From positions 62,001-126,000 of the forward strand of contig NIVC01002089.1 in the NCBI GenBank assembly GCA_002269645.1: DNA of 64,000 nucleotides, in the 5' to 3' direction. This document shows, one piece after another, positions 34,791-64,000 of the stretch (its first letter is position 1; every line of letters begins with the position of its first letter). The position numbers and the translations under genes are program-made. The notes under the pieces were generated by a model that was not told the origin of the DNA, searched no databases, and was given only the letters and a program-made list of their open reading frames with translations. This DNA comes from Macrostomum lignano. Its lineage: Eukaryota.

Positions 34791-36005
34791 CTACTGAGAG
34801 CCGAGCCCCGCAGCAGCAGCCGCATCAGCTGCACAGCGGAAAAGTATTGTGGCGCAAAGTGAGCAGCAGACAAAGGCAGCATGCACCCGTACAGCGATCG
34901 AGTCCCAGTTCCTACTTGCCAATCCTCATCTGAAGTGGGGATAAATTCTCGGCAGGTTCGGCTCCATCGCTCACACCTCGCGCTCAGGTGTGCGACTCTC
35001 TGTCCTTGGGGGAGCTGGTGACAGCATTTGCTATATCCGTCTGAGCCGGCAACACGGGGGGGGGGTGGTTACGCGCCGGCCAAAGAAGAGGAGATTCTGG
35101 GACGAAAAAGGAGATTTCTACTTGAAAATCTTCTCGAGCTTCATCTGTGTCTCAAGTCCGCTGCGCCTCTCTGAGAGGAATTCAATTAGGCTCGGGCCGC
35201 GGGGGTCAACCTCCCGGCTCCGCCTGGCCCTCCCTCCGCCTTTCCTAACTTTCAACATTTCTTTCTCGCAAAGAAAAACGCGGAGCCTGGGAGGATCTGC
35301 TGATAAGGGAAATGCTTTGAGTCAAAGAGATTTCTGAGAGGGCGAAGTCCCGGCACAGCGAATTGAGTTCCGCCTCGGCCCGAGAGGGTTGAGCAAATCT
35401 CAGAAAAATTCCGTCATCATCTTTTGCTGGGGTCCTCCGATTGATAGACAGATACGCGTCTCTTCTCGCACTTTGCCAGCGCTCTCAACTTCCCCTTGGA
35501 TCCCTTGGGGAAATCGTTTCAGAGGCCGCCGGGAGACCCGGGAGTCTGTCGGCAGACATGCAGCGGGGAGAGAGGGGGGCACAGACTTGGCAAACAGCCG
35601 CCAGCTTCTGCTTGGGCGGCAACAAAGCGCCAGCTCGATATCCTTTGTTGCACACTCGGATGGGCAGCCTGTGCCTGAGCTAAAAGGGGATTTTTAGCGA
35701 CCCTGCCGGGGGATCTGGCCTGGTTGAGGATAATTGCTACGAGATGCTTCCCGGCTGTCCATTGAGGAGTCACGCAGCTTGGGGACAATGCTGCGATAAT
35801 CAGGCTCGCGCTAACAGCTTCCTCTGTGCGAGAGGCAGGGGGCGGTGGGGGGCCTGCGGAAATCAGGTGCGCTCTGCTGCTCACAGCTTTCTGAGCAAAC
35901 AATTGGCAAAAGAAGGGCTCAGAGCTAACAGTGCGCAGCGCTGTGCAGACTGCCACGGTATTGAGTCATGTTGTAATTGACGCGCAACTCATGTGTCAGC
36001 GAAAC

Positions 36006-36288
36006 TTGACTGTCAGCGGCACCTGACTGTCAGCGGCACCTGACTGCCAGCGGCACCTGACTGTCAGCGGCACCTGACTGCCAGCGGCACCTGACTGCCA
36101 GCGGCACCTGACTGTCAGCGGCACCTGACTGCCAGCGGCACCTGACTGCCAGCGGCACCTGACTGTCAGCGGCACCTGACTGCCAGCGGCACCTGACTGT
36201 CAGCGGCACCTGACTGCCAGCGGCACCTGACTGTCAGCGGCACCTGACTGCCAGCGGCACCTGACTGTCAGCGGCACCTGACTGTCAG
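36006..36288. repeat. 17-bp minisatellite CTGACTG(T/C)CAGCGGCAC x~16
   Basis: Direct reading. Confidence 0.95.
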
Positions 36289-36744
36289 AAAACACCTTGC
36301 TATCACGGCGAAGCCATAAGCCTGTGCTCACCAAGCTAGATAGGAATGAACGCTCTGCATGATTCTGAGTGCAGTGAAGGATTTCGAGTCTTTTCATTGC
36401 AGCCTCAATTATTTCTTGAGCAGCTTTTCGACTTTGGCTACATCAGTGCCTCAGCATGTTGCAAGCTCAGCTAACTTTGAAACCAAAGCTGCTAATCAGG
36501 AGAAGTGGCCTGGGCTGATGCCTCGCCCTCAATACCCCCACGGTGGCGGCTGTGTGCGCCAGTGGGTTCTTGCTGAACAAGCAAATGCAGATTAGTCCTG
36601 GCCGGGAGGGAAGTTCAGCTCGCCTCACATCCTGCATTCGTGCCTGCAGGTTTCTGTAAGAAGCTGGCTGCGGCAGAGCTGCGGATGAGAGGATGTGGAA
36701 GGGCTGGAATATTTAGGAAATATGGGAGCGAATAGGGGTAGGAA

Positions 36745-37460
36745 ACAGTGACATGGGGATTCTAAAAAACTTGGGATCAGAGAAGAGAGTGGGGAAAATG
36801 GGATTCTAACAAACTGGGATCAGAGAAGAGAGAGTGGGAAAATGGGATTCTGACAAACTGGGATCAGAGAAGAGAGAGTGGGAAAATGGGATTCTGACAA
36901 ACTGGGGATCAGTGAAGAGAGAGTGGGAAAATGGGATTCTGACAAACTGGGATCAGGGAAGAGAGAGTGGGGAAAATGGGATTCTAACAAACTGGGATCA
37001 GAGAAGAGAGAGTGGGGAAAATGGGATTCTAACAAACTGGGATCAGGGAAGAGAGAGTGGGAAAATCGGATTCTGACAAACTGGGATCAGGGAAGAGAGA
37101 GTGGGGAAAATGGGATTCTAACAAACTGGGGATCAGGGAAGAGAGAGTGGGTAAAATGGGATTCTAACAAACTAGGGATCAGGGAAGAGCGAGAGTGGGA
37201 AAAATGGGATTCTAACAAACTTGGTATCAGGGAAGAGAGAGTGGGGAAAATGGGATTCTGACAAACTGGGGATCAGTGAAGAGAGAGTGGGAAAATGGGA
37301 TTCTGATAAACTCGGGATCAGGGAAGAGAGAGTGGGGAAAATGGGATTCTGACAAACTGGGATCAGGGAAGAGAGAGTGGGGAAAATGGGATTCTGACAA
37401 ACTGGGGATCAGGGAAGAGAGAGTGGGGAAAATGGGATTCTGACAAACTGGAAATCACGG
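36745..37460. repeat. ~42-45-bp minisatellite GGGAAAATGGGATTCTGACAAACTGGGATCAGGGAAGAGAGAGTG
   Basis: Direct reading; downstream of the GPCR stop. Confidence 0.93.
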
Positions 37461-37654
37461 AAGAGCGCAAAAATCAAAAATGTCAAACCTGAATTCAGCC
37501 AAAAGTAAAAAAAATGTTCGCTTATAAATTGAGTAGCAACTCTCTTTCAAAACAGTTTCATTCCGACAAAATATTAGTACACGACATGACATGGGGATTA
37601 GCACAGTGCACTGACAGGGCCGTCATCAGTCAGGGATCAATCCGAAGTCACGCA

Positions 37655-39406
37655 TCAGCAGTCGCTTTTCAGGTTCAGAGACGGCTCGCCCAGCAGGCGG
37701 CCGCCGCAGCCGTGGTCCGACTCGCTGCTGACGAAGATCCGCACCGCCGATGCCGCCGCGCCCGTCGCAGCGCTGGCCGAGGAGCTGCCGCCGGTGCCCG
37801 AACCTCCGGCGCCCGGCGGAGTCTTCGAGTTGCACTTGCCGCCCGCTGCCGTCCTGCCGCCGGGCTGCTGACTGGCGACGCCGCCGCCGCCACCGCCGCC
37901 GCCGACTCCAATCGCTGCGCTGCCGTTCCGGCGCTGCCGACCTCGGCAGAGCAGCTGGCGGAAGGCGCAGCGGAAGTCCCTGGACAGCAGGGCGTAGATG
38001 CAGGGGTTCAGCGCGCTGTTGAAGTAGCCCATCCAGAAGAACACGTCGAACACCGAGCCGTGCACGCAGTTGGTGCAGAAGGCGCCGGCCAGGTAGACTG
38101 AGAAGAACGGCAGCCAGCAGACCGTGAAGGCGAGGCCGATGATCGCCAGCATTCGGGCGGCCTTGGTCTCGTTGTAGATGTTCTTCAGCTGCTGGTTGGC
38201 CGAGGCGCGCTTCCGCAGGCCCGGCAGGATGCTGTGCGACGGCCGGCGCTCGTCCGCCGCTGCCGCCGTTGCTGCTCCGGCCTGGTGCGTCGTTGAAGAT
38301 CCCGACGTCGAAGCGCCTCCACTGCCGCCGCCGCTGCCGCTGCCGCCGGGGACATAGTTCGGCGAGAGAAAGTTGGTGGTCTCCTGTGGCGAGGTCTGCT
38401 GCTGCCGGGCGGCTCCTGTTGCTGACGCTGTCGACGCCCGCCTTGTAATGGAGCCCGACCGTCGGGATGCTGTCGTTGACGCGGCCGCGGTGGCTGCCAC
38501 GGCGGCGACAGCGGCGGCCACAGACAGGCCGCTGGCCGACATGGCTCGGGGCCGCTGGCCGCCGCCGCCGTAGTGCACCCGCAGGCTGCACACCTCGCCG
38601 CCGCCGCCGCCGCTTGTCGCTCTCGATGACGACGAGGTCTTCGCCGACTTCAGCACCATCTCGCCGCGCCGGATGTTGCGAATGGTGCGCCTGACAGTGC
38701 GGTAGATCTCCAGGTAGAAGTACAGCATCACTAGCGACGGCAGGAAGAAGGAGCCGCTGGCCGAGTAGATGATGTAGGCGGTGGACGAGCCCGCGATGGT
38801 GCACTCCATGTACTTCCTGTCCGTGCAGTTGCCCGCCGGCTCCAGCCTGGTGTCAGCCGTCGCGGCCGCCCCGCCCTCCTGCCCGCCGCCGCCTGCCGGC
38901 ATGAACTGCAGCAGCGGCGGGAAGCTGATGGCGAAGGCCAGAAGCCACACGGCTGCCACCAGAATCCTGGCGTGCTTGGCTGTCATGAGCTTCGGGTAGC
39001 GCATCGGGTACTTGATGGCGAAGAACCTGTCGAAGGCGATGACCACCAGATTGAGAATGCTGGCCGTGCAGCAGAGAACGTCCACCACCAGCCAGAACTG
39101 GCAGAGCGCGGTGCCCATGAACCAGTTCTTCAGCATCACCTGGTTGGCGATGGACAGTGGCAGCACCGCGGTGGCCAGCAGAAGGTCGCTGAGGGCCAGG
39201 CTCGTGATGAGCACATTCGTGACGCCTTTCTTCTTGAACTTCTCGTAGGTGAGAATGGCCGCGATGACCAGGCAGTTGCCGGCCAGCACGGAGAGGTTGA
39301 TGAGGCACAGGCAGATGGCCAGCAGGATGCTGCCGGGGCTGCGGAGGATGCCAGCGACGTCAAGGCCGGCTGAGCAGTTGCTGCTGCTGTCGCTGCCGCT
39401 CTGCAT
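37655..39406 (-). CDS. Class A biogenic-amine GPCR, octopamine (OAMB/Octalpha1)/alpha-adrenergic/Dop1R2-like, intronless, 583 aa
   Basis: Seven TM segments: TM1 GNCLVI; TM2 SLALSDLL; TM3 WLVVDVLCCTASILNL with Asp3.32 and DRF; TM5 YSASGSFFLP (two Ser); TM6 ETKAARMLAII...FTVCWLPFF; TM7 WMGYFNSALNPCIY. Long Ala/Ser/Gly-rich ICL3. Confidence 0.93.
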   Translation of the reverse strand: MQSGSDSSSNCSAGLDVAGILRSPGSILLAICLCLINLSVLAGNCLVIAAILTYEKFKKKGVTNVLITSLALSDLLLATAVLPLSIANQVMLKNWFMGTALCQFWLVVDVLCCTASILNLVVIAFDRFFAIKYPMRYPKLMTAKHARILVAAVWLLAFAISFPPLLQFMPAGGGGQEGGAAATADTRLEPAGNCTDRKYMECTIAGSSTAYIIYSASGSFFLPSLVMLYFYLEIYRTVRRTIRNIRRGEMVLKSAKTSSSSRATSGGGGGEVCSLRVHYGGGGQRPRAMSASGLSVAAAVAAVAATAAASTTASRRSGSITRRASTASATGAARQQQTSPQETTNFLSPNYVPGGSGSGGGSGGASTSGSSTTHQAGAATAAAADERRPSHSILPGLRKRASANQQLKNIYNETKAARMLAIIGLAFTVCWLPFFSVYLAGAFCTNCVHGSVFDVFFWMGYFNSALNPCIYALLSRDFRCAFRQLLCRGRQRRNGSAAIGVGGGGGGGGVASQQPGGRTAAGGKCNSKTPPGAGGSGTGGSSSASAATGAAASAVRIFVSSESDHGCGGRLLGEPSLNLKSDC

Positions 39407-40282
39407 GGTGAGACGCTGCGGACCTTCGCGAAGGAATCCACGGGCTTCGATGCACGCGGATCAGCGCGGATCTTATTGCTGCTCTGCTACTAGAAGCAGC
39501 AGAAATTCCCCAATTGGCGGAGCTGGGAGAGAGGGAAAGGGAGACACTTCGTGCGGCTTCTTCGCTAAAGGGGGAGCAGCAAGCTAATCCCGCAGCAAGC
39601 TAAATCCCCATCCTAATCCGTGCGCAGTTTTTCTCCCAGAACGGGAGTAGCAGAATCCCAGCTTCCCGCTGCCTCATCCGCCAGTCAGTCTAATCCCCAA
39701 TGGGAGCGCGCGCCCCCATTGTCCCGCTGCCCCGCCTGAGTAAACTCTGGATTGCCAAGGAGATAAGGAGAATTATTAATTATTAATAGCAACATTTAAT
39801 AATTATCCTGCTCGAATTCACTACCGGTGTCTCCAAGCTGGAACTGGATAGTTGCGCATATTCATCACTCCAGGCATTAAGGCATTAAATGTTTTAAAGC
39901 ATCTTAATGAAATCGCGAACCCCCAGTAACAAAAACAATCTCTAAGAGGATGCAAAACAAAGGGGGTTTAGGGAATCGGGATCTGACAGAGGGAAAGCAG
40001 CTCAGAGTAAACACGGAGCTCTAATCAACTTAGCGATGCGATTTTTCTCCCGCCGAATTTGTTCTATTCCCAAAGGAGACTGGGATGAAGGATGGAGTGA
40101 AAGCAGGTTCCAATTCCATGTGTGTGATCCCCGGGAGTCTGCAGAGCTGGAGAACACACTTGAGCTGCAGTTCGGCTTTTCTGCTTCACTGGGCGCGAAT
40201 TATTTATCCTGTTTATCTCAAATAGGTGCAGCAGGTGCAGTTGCGAACTGCTGGACCCGTCTCCTCAGTCTTATGAGATCAA

Positions 40283-40437
40283 TGATCCCCATTCCAGTGT
40301 CTGAAATGATCCCCAATCCAGTGTCTGAATGATGCCCATTCCAGTTTCTGAAATGATGCCCATTCCAGCCCTGTCTGAATGATCCCCATTCCAGTTTCTG
40401 AAATGATCCTCATTCCAGTGTCTGAATGATCCCCATT
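40283..40437. repeat. 24-bp tandem repeat ATGATCCCCATTCCAGTGTCTGAA
   Basis: Direct reading, ~6 units. Confidence 0.85.
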
Positions 40438-41692
40438 TTATCTTTTATATCCCTAGTCTAAAATGGCCCTTTAAATATGCAAATGAGAGTCTATTTATAA
40501 CAAAACTATTCCGACACATGCGTGGCAGCTCGGGCATGTGTGTACAAGCATCGGTGCACAACCCCCCCCCTCACTAAAACCAGCTATCAATATTGATCCC
40601 CTCCGGTCCGCAAAGCTCCGCGCTTGCGTGACTGCCGAACGGCTCCAGTCCATAAGAGGGCCGGGTTTAATAAACGGCATAAAAATAAGAGCCCAACGGC
40701 CGACCAGATGGCCGGCAAAGGAGACATCTGGTGCAACCAAGCACTTCATCGAGTATAGTAATTAACCTACTTTCGATTAAAAAACTATGTATCTCAATTG
40801 AAAAAATAATTTATGTTCGATTTGTAAGATCGCTCCCATTCTTGAGGACATCAAAACCGGCTAAGCTAGCAATCCACTACCTCCTTCTTACACCTGTGGT
40901 TAAAACCATAAACGGTGACAGGACCTTATCTGGCTTGCCCCTGGTGCTGGCGCTCCTGGGGTGGCGTCCCTGGGGTGGCGTACCTGATGCTGGCGCCCCT
41001 GGTGCTGACGCCCCCAGTAAAAAATCCAGACCAAGCCCGTGAACGGTGGTGGCAGGCCAGCATGTACTCAATAATGAACGCAGGCTCAAGCCAGAGTTGG
41101 TTTCCACAATCCAGATTCTGGTTCAATCGGATCTCCTTGGCATAGCTAAAAATGCTGGGCTGCACAGACGGCAGATGGCCGCGAGCCGCAAGTTGTTCGA
41201 GCGGCACTCGAGGCTCCATCCACCTCATCCGACATCCTTCCTGCCTGCGCTCCACTTGAGCCGAATTTTAGTTGCCAAGGAGATACGAGATAATCAAGAG
41301 GCCTCTGCTTTGTTTCGGAATTTTTCAGAGAAATCAAAGTTTAAAAAAACTCTATTAAGCTTAAATCACTCGAGATCAGCCAGGAGCAGCTGATGGGGCC
41401 GCTAAATGGTCTAAGCAGCAACAGACAAGCGGGCGGTTGGTTGCTGGCAGGCTTTATTTCAATCAGTTTATAAGCGGCCGCAGCTGCCAGGGAGCGGGGC
41501 TATGCGCGTCATTGGGAATGCACTTTTACATAGAAATACTAAAATAAATAAAAATAAACAATAAAAGCAAACAGGCAGCGAACACCAAATTAGGAAAGTT
41601 TGATCGACACAGCCGTAAAATAATAATCGCAACAGGTAACTGGCTTTTAGTTAGTGATTGACGACCGTCAGGGGATAAAAGGGCGTGCTGAG

Positions 41693-41972
<280 letters not shown>

Positions 41973-42359
41973 GCAGGTATACTCAGAAGACACAGGTAGA
42001 GCTGAATCAGTGAAATGTTTGAGTAGGAATCAAAACAGCAAAAGTAAAACTATACAAAAAATCAAATACTAGACAAATCAAGATGACATGTACAGGAGTG
42101 AAGAACAGATTTAGTTTTGAAAAATCCATGCAGGTCATGCAAAAAAGCAGCAACGCATTCAGACAGGAAGTTGCAGTAATCTGAAAAAACAAAAATCCAA
42201 CTAGAGAATTTATTTCATACAAATCAAATCCTGAATCAAAGGCGGAGAGGTGCAAGTGAAATACTGCTGCACAGGAATAGTCAGTAATAAATATTTTCTG
42301 TTTTGCCACTCGACGACTAAGGGAACAAGAGATATTGCAGTCTGGATTATTTTAGTGGG

Positions 42360-43560
42360 TGATTTTTCTAATCCTGATTTCTAATAGGCGATTTGTCTAA
42401 TCTAGATTTCTAATCGCCGATTTGTCTAATCTAGATTTCTAATAGGCGATTTGTCTAATCTAGATTTCTAATAGGCGATTTGTCTAATCTAGATTTCTAA
42501 TAGCCGATTTGTCTAATCTAGATTTCTAATAGGCGATTTTCTAATCTAGATTTCTAATAGGCGATTTTTCTAATCTAGATTTCTAATAGGCGATTTGTCT
42601 AATCTAGATTTCTAATAGGCGATTTTTCTAATCTAGATTTCTAATCGCCGATTTGTCTAATCTAGATTTCTAATAGGCGATTTGTCTAATCTAGATTTCT
42701 AATAGGCGATTTGTCTAATCTAGATTTCTAATAGGCGATTTTTCTAATCTAGATTTCTAATCGCCGATTTGTCTAATCTAGATTTCTAATCGCCGATTTG
42801 TCTAATCTAGATTTCTAATAGGCGATTTGTCTAATCTAGATTTCTAATAGCCGATTTGTCTAATCTAGATTTCTAATCGCCGATTTGTCTAATCTAGATT
42901 TCTAATAGGCGATTTGTCTAATCTAGATTTCTAATAGCCGATTTGTCTAATCTAGATTTCTAATAGGCGATTTGTCTAATCTAGATTTCTAATAGGCGAT
43001 TTTTCTAATCTAGATTTCTAATCGCCGATTTGTCTAATCTAGATTTCTAATAGGCGATTTGTCTAATCTAGATTTCTAATCGCCGATTTGTCTAATCTAG
43101 ATTTCTAATAGGCGATTTTTCTAATCCAGATTTCTAATCGCCGATTTTTCTAATCTAGATTTCTAATAGGCGATTTTTCTAATCTAGATTTCTAATCGCC
43201 GATTTGTCTAATCTAGATTTCTAATAGGCGATTTGTCTAATCTAGATTTCTAATAGCCGATTTGTCTAATCTAGATTTCTAATAGGCGATTTGTCTAATC
43301 TAGATTTCTAATAGGCGATTTGTCTAATCTAGATTTCTAATCGCCGATTTGTCTAATCTAGATTTCTAATAGGCGATTTGTCTAATCTAGATTTCTAATA
43401 GCCGATTTGTCTAATCTCGATTTCTAATAGGCGATTTGTCTAATCTAGATTTCTAATAGGCGATTTTTATAATCTAGATTTCTAATAGCCGATTTGTCTA
43501 ATCTAGATTTCTAATAGGCGATTTTTATAATCTAGATTTCTAATAGGCGATTTTTCCCAT
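42360..43560. repeat. 29-bp minisatellite GATTTGTCTAATCTAGATTTCTAATAGGC x~41
   Basis: Direct reading; each unit holds the palindrome AATCTAGATT. Confidence 0.95.
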
Positions 43561-43689
43561 CTGGATTTCTAAAAGAAGATTTTCTATACTTTTGGGCAAT
43601 TTTAGCTACAACAGACAATAAACAGAATCACTTGAGCAACATGAGATGGGATCTGTTCTGCTCTGCAAGCCAGATGCTACTCAATCGGG

Positions 43690-61415
<17,726 letters not shown>

Positions 61416-62870
61416 TGAATAGCTGGCCTCAAAGTCAAAGTCAAAGTTTTACTAAATAGGACTACTAAGATTAGGCTTTTAATTTTTTAGTTGCTTTACT
61501 TAGCCTATAGGCCCAAATGATTTAAAATCGAGTAAAAAAGCTAATTATGAGAAATTATTTACACTATTATAAAATAACTCTTTTGTATCGAACATTGGTT
61601 AAAAAATTGAAATATGAACACAGTGTTTCACTTTTTTAGTCAGGCAGGACACGGCCCTATATCTATTATCCTAAGAATAAAAATACAAACGAAGTTATTA
61701 GGCCTAAAATATCCTATACACTAAAAAGATGTTCATAAGGTAGACTTCTGTTGCTTATCTTGTAGGATGACGAAATTATTTTCTACAGGCAATTAAAGGC
61801 AAAGCCACACGACACAAGTAAGCTAGTCGATTCAGTTGTCTTAAACAAGTTGTCTTAACTGTAAAATATTTTGGTTTCGTGTAAAACCTGCAAAATGAAA
61901 AAAACAACAATGTATAACAAACTGTCAACTTAAGTAAACAAAATATTGCCAAAGTAGTTATTTTTTATATGATAATTTAAAACTCTATAAAACTCTATAT
62001 AATAATTAATCATATAGAGTCTATTTAAAACTAAACAAACATCAAAGTGCGTTTTTTTGAAGCAAGATGATGAATTGTTAAAAATTTAGTAGTCAGTCTT
62101 AGCTTTAAGTGTAATTTACTGTATTTATCAACTCTCGATGCTAAGTACCACTACTCCCTCCATGTTTATGTATTTTTGATTTTTTGATCAACTTTGTGTT
62201 CATTATGTTTTATATTTTCATGATTTTTGGTGAGCAGTGAGCACCTAAGGCCATTTGCCATATACACTGGACTGCTGCAGCTGCAGTTTTCAACTCAAGG
62301 CAAAACTTTTTAGAAATGCATCACGCCATCAGACACTGGTCCTAAAGCCACAAGCCAGCTAGCCCCAATAGGTATGCCAGCATACCAATAGGTATGACAC
62401 TTAATTTTTTTGTAGTGTAGTCTACACAGACACAGTAGGGTAGGCCTCGCCTATAGTGCAGAAACTTATTTCTAGCACACAATGCAAGCAAACTTGCTTG
62501 TTTGGGTGCAAGCATTCTGCTATGATCTTGACTATGGAACTACACCAATGTGCCAGATTGCACTTGCATTGTCACAAGCCAATCTGGACCAGACATTGCC
62601 CATAATAATGGCCTAGCCCTAGGTTTCTATGCTTTTCAGTGCCCATGCTTTTATCTGCCCAAAAATCTGCCCAGTATTTCAGTAGGAGCCTAGGCCTATC
62701 CAAAATTGATTTTTAATGCCCTAGGGCCTAGTTTAGGCCTGGTTTATAATGTCTAAAAAGGCCTAATAAAATATTAATATAGGCCTAGGCCTTAATAATA
62801 TAATAAATGCTCTAAAAAACTTTTTTCCTAATGAAAGCACTTAGCCTATTCATTTTGTTACACTAGGCCC

Positions 62871-62920
<50 letters not shown>
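62871..62920. repeat. (TAG)n microsatellite
   Basis: Direct reading, ~16 units. Confidence 0.95.
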
Positions 62921-64000
62921 AGATGGCTCAGGCAAGAAGCCTGTTTGGCCAATATATTTCTGTGTATTTTAAGATTACTTCAGGAACAGAAGGCAATATT
63001 TTAGCATTAGTTATTTACTACAATTACAAAGTACAAGTTTTGCAATATGGTATTTGAAATAATGTGTAAATTTTGTTAACAAAACTTTGGACAACTAACG
63101 AGGTGAAAGAAAAAGCAGGGAGTTAAAAAGTATTGCATGAAATTTATGTATGTAGTTGGCGATATTGTGCAAAACAGTTTAGCACATAGGTTATAAAAAT
63201 AAGTTATATAGATATTAATCAGGTGATAACAAAATTGTATAAAATATAATATTTGAAAAAACATATAGGATTTTTTTGCGGTTTTTATTAAAAAAATATT
63301 GAGTAAAAGGATTGCTCATAATATTTAGCTATAATTGTATATGTGTAATAAATATACTGTTTGGAGGCCTAAAAAGGGACAAAAAATCAGCAACTTTTGA
63401 CATCTAACAACTTATAGTCTAATGCTCATTAAATATAATTTTTTTCTATAGAAATAGAGACTTTTCTGCAGAAATGTGCCAAAAACCTGTACCAAAGATA
63501 TGAAACATGATGGTGGGAATGGGAATAAGAAGCGGACTCAGTACTTTACTGCTATACCTGTATATAAACATGTTATATATTTCAGGTAAATAAATTTAAC
63601 TGTACATGACATCGTAAATTTTAGCTACTCTGGAGAGCTTTTTTCTGACTTTTTTCATTTGTGGCATACCCTATTTTATGCATGTGTGTGGCATCTAGAA
63701 GGTATTGAGAAAAGTATTTTTTCCTAATTTCTAGTGTTTGTGGGCACTCACTTAGGTAGTGAAGAATATCGGCTCCGTTTCTTGCTCCACAGAGTCCACA
63801 AGCTTCCTGAGAGAATGCCTTGGGCGTGAGCTCACATTTCAGTTTTAGAAGGGTTGTTAGGTATTTTTTGTTTCTAAATAGACTTGAAAAGTAATTTGAG
63901 AGAACAGGTCTGCATGTTTTTTTGAATAGGTAAGCGCTTTTGTAGTATTTAATATGGTGCTGGTTGTCTAGCTTTTGGCTTAGATCTCTTTCTCTATACA

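Noticed and set aside
37514-39587. Alternative-frame and antisense ORFs over the GPCR (e.g. 37626-38804)
   Set aside because: Shadow ORFs of GC-rich coding sequence with no recognisable domains.
40495-41400. Several 60-115-aa ORFs between the GPCR and VPS50
   Set aside because: No recognisable domain or consistent splice structure.
61712-61732. TCCTATACACTAAAAAGATG resembling the Helitron 5' end
   Set aside because: No family internal sequence or hairpin-CTAG end follows.

Overview
Eukaryotic (metazoan) genomic DNA with GC-rich spliced exons and introns packed with minisatellites; this style resembles a flatworm such as Macrostomum (inference only). Three protein-coding genes could be reconstructed by hand. 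(1) A kainate/non-NMDA-type ionotropic glutamate receptor on + (15 exons, 598-11720; signal-peptide exon not found in the window). (2) An intronless biogenic-amine GPCR, octopamine/alpha-adrenergic-like, on - (37655-39406). (3) VPS50/syndetin on - (10 exons, 43690-61415). The main surprise is a second, paralogous 3-exon iGluR end-of-S2/M4/C-tail module at 32019-33273. It has no upstream exons of its own that I could find, and it fits the phase-1 donor at 9060 in frame, suggesting a flip/flop-like alternative 3' end about 23 kb downstream. Between the two modules lie a 3.5-kb 21-bp satellite and a 15.3-kb head-to-tail stack of four non-autonomous Helitrons (A|TC...hairpin-CTAG|T). Each Helitron carries a tRNA-derived A-box/B-box/oligo-T cassette and internal satellites. 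Nearly all long ORFs in the supplied track are repeat artefacts.
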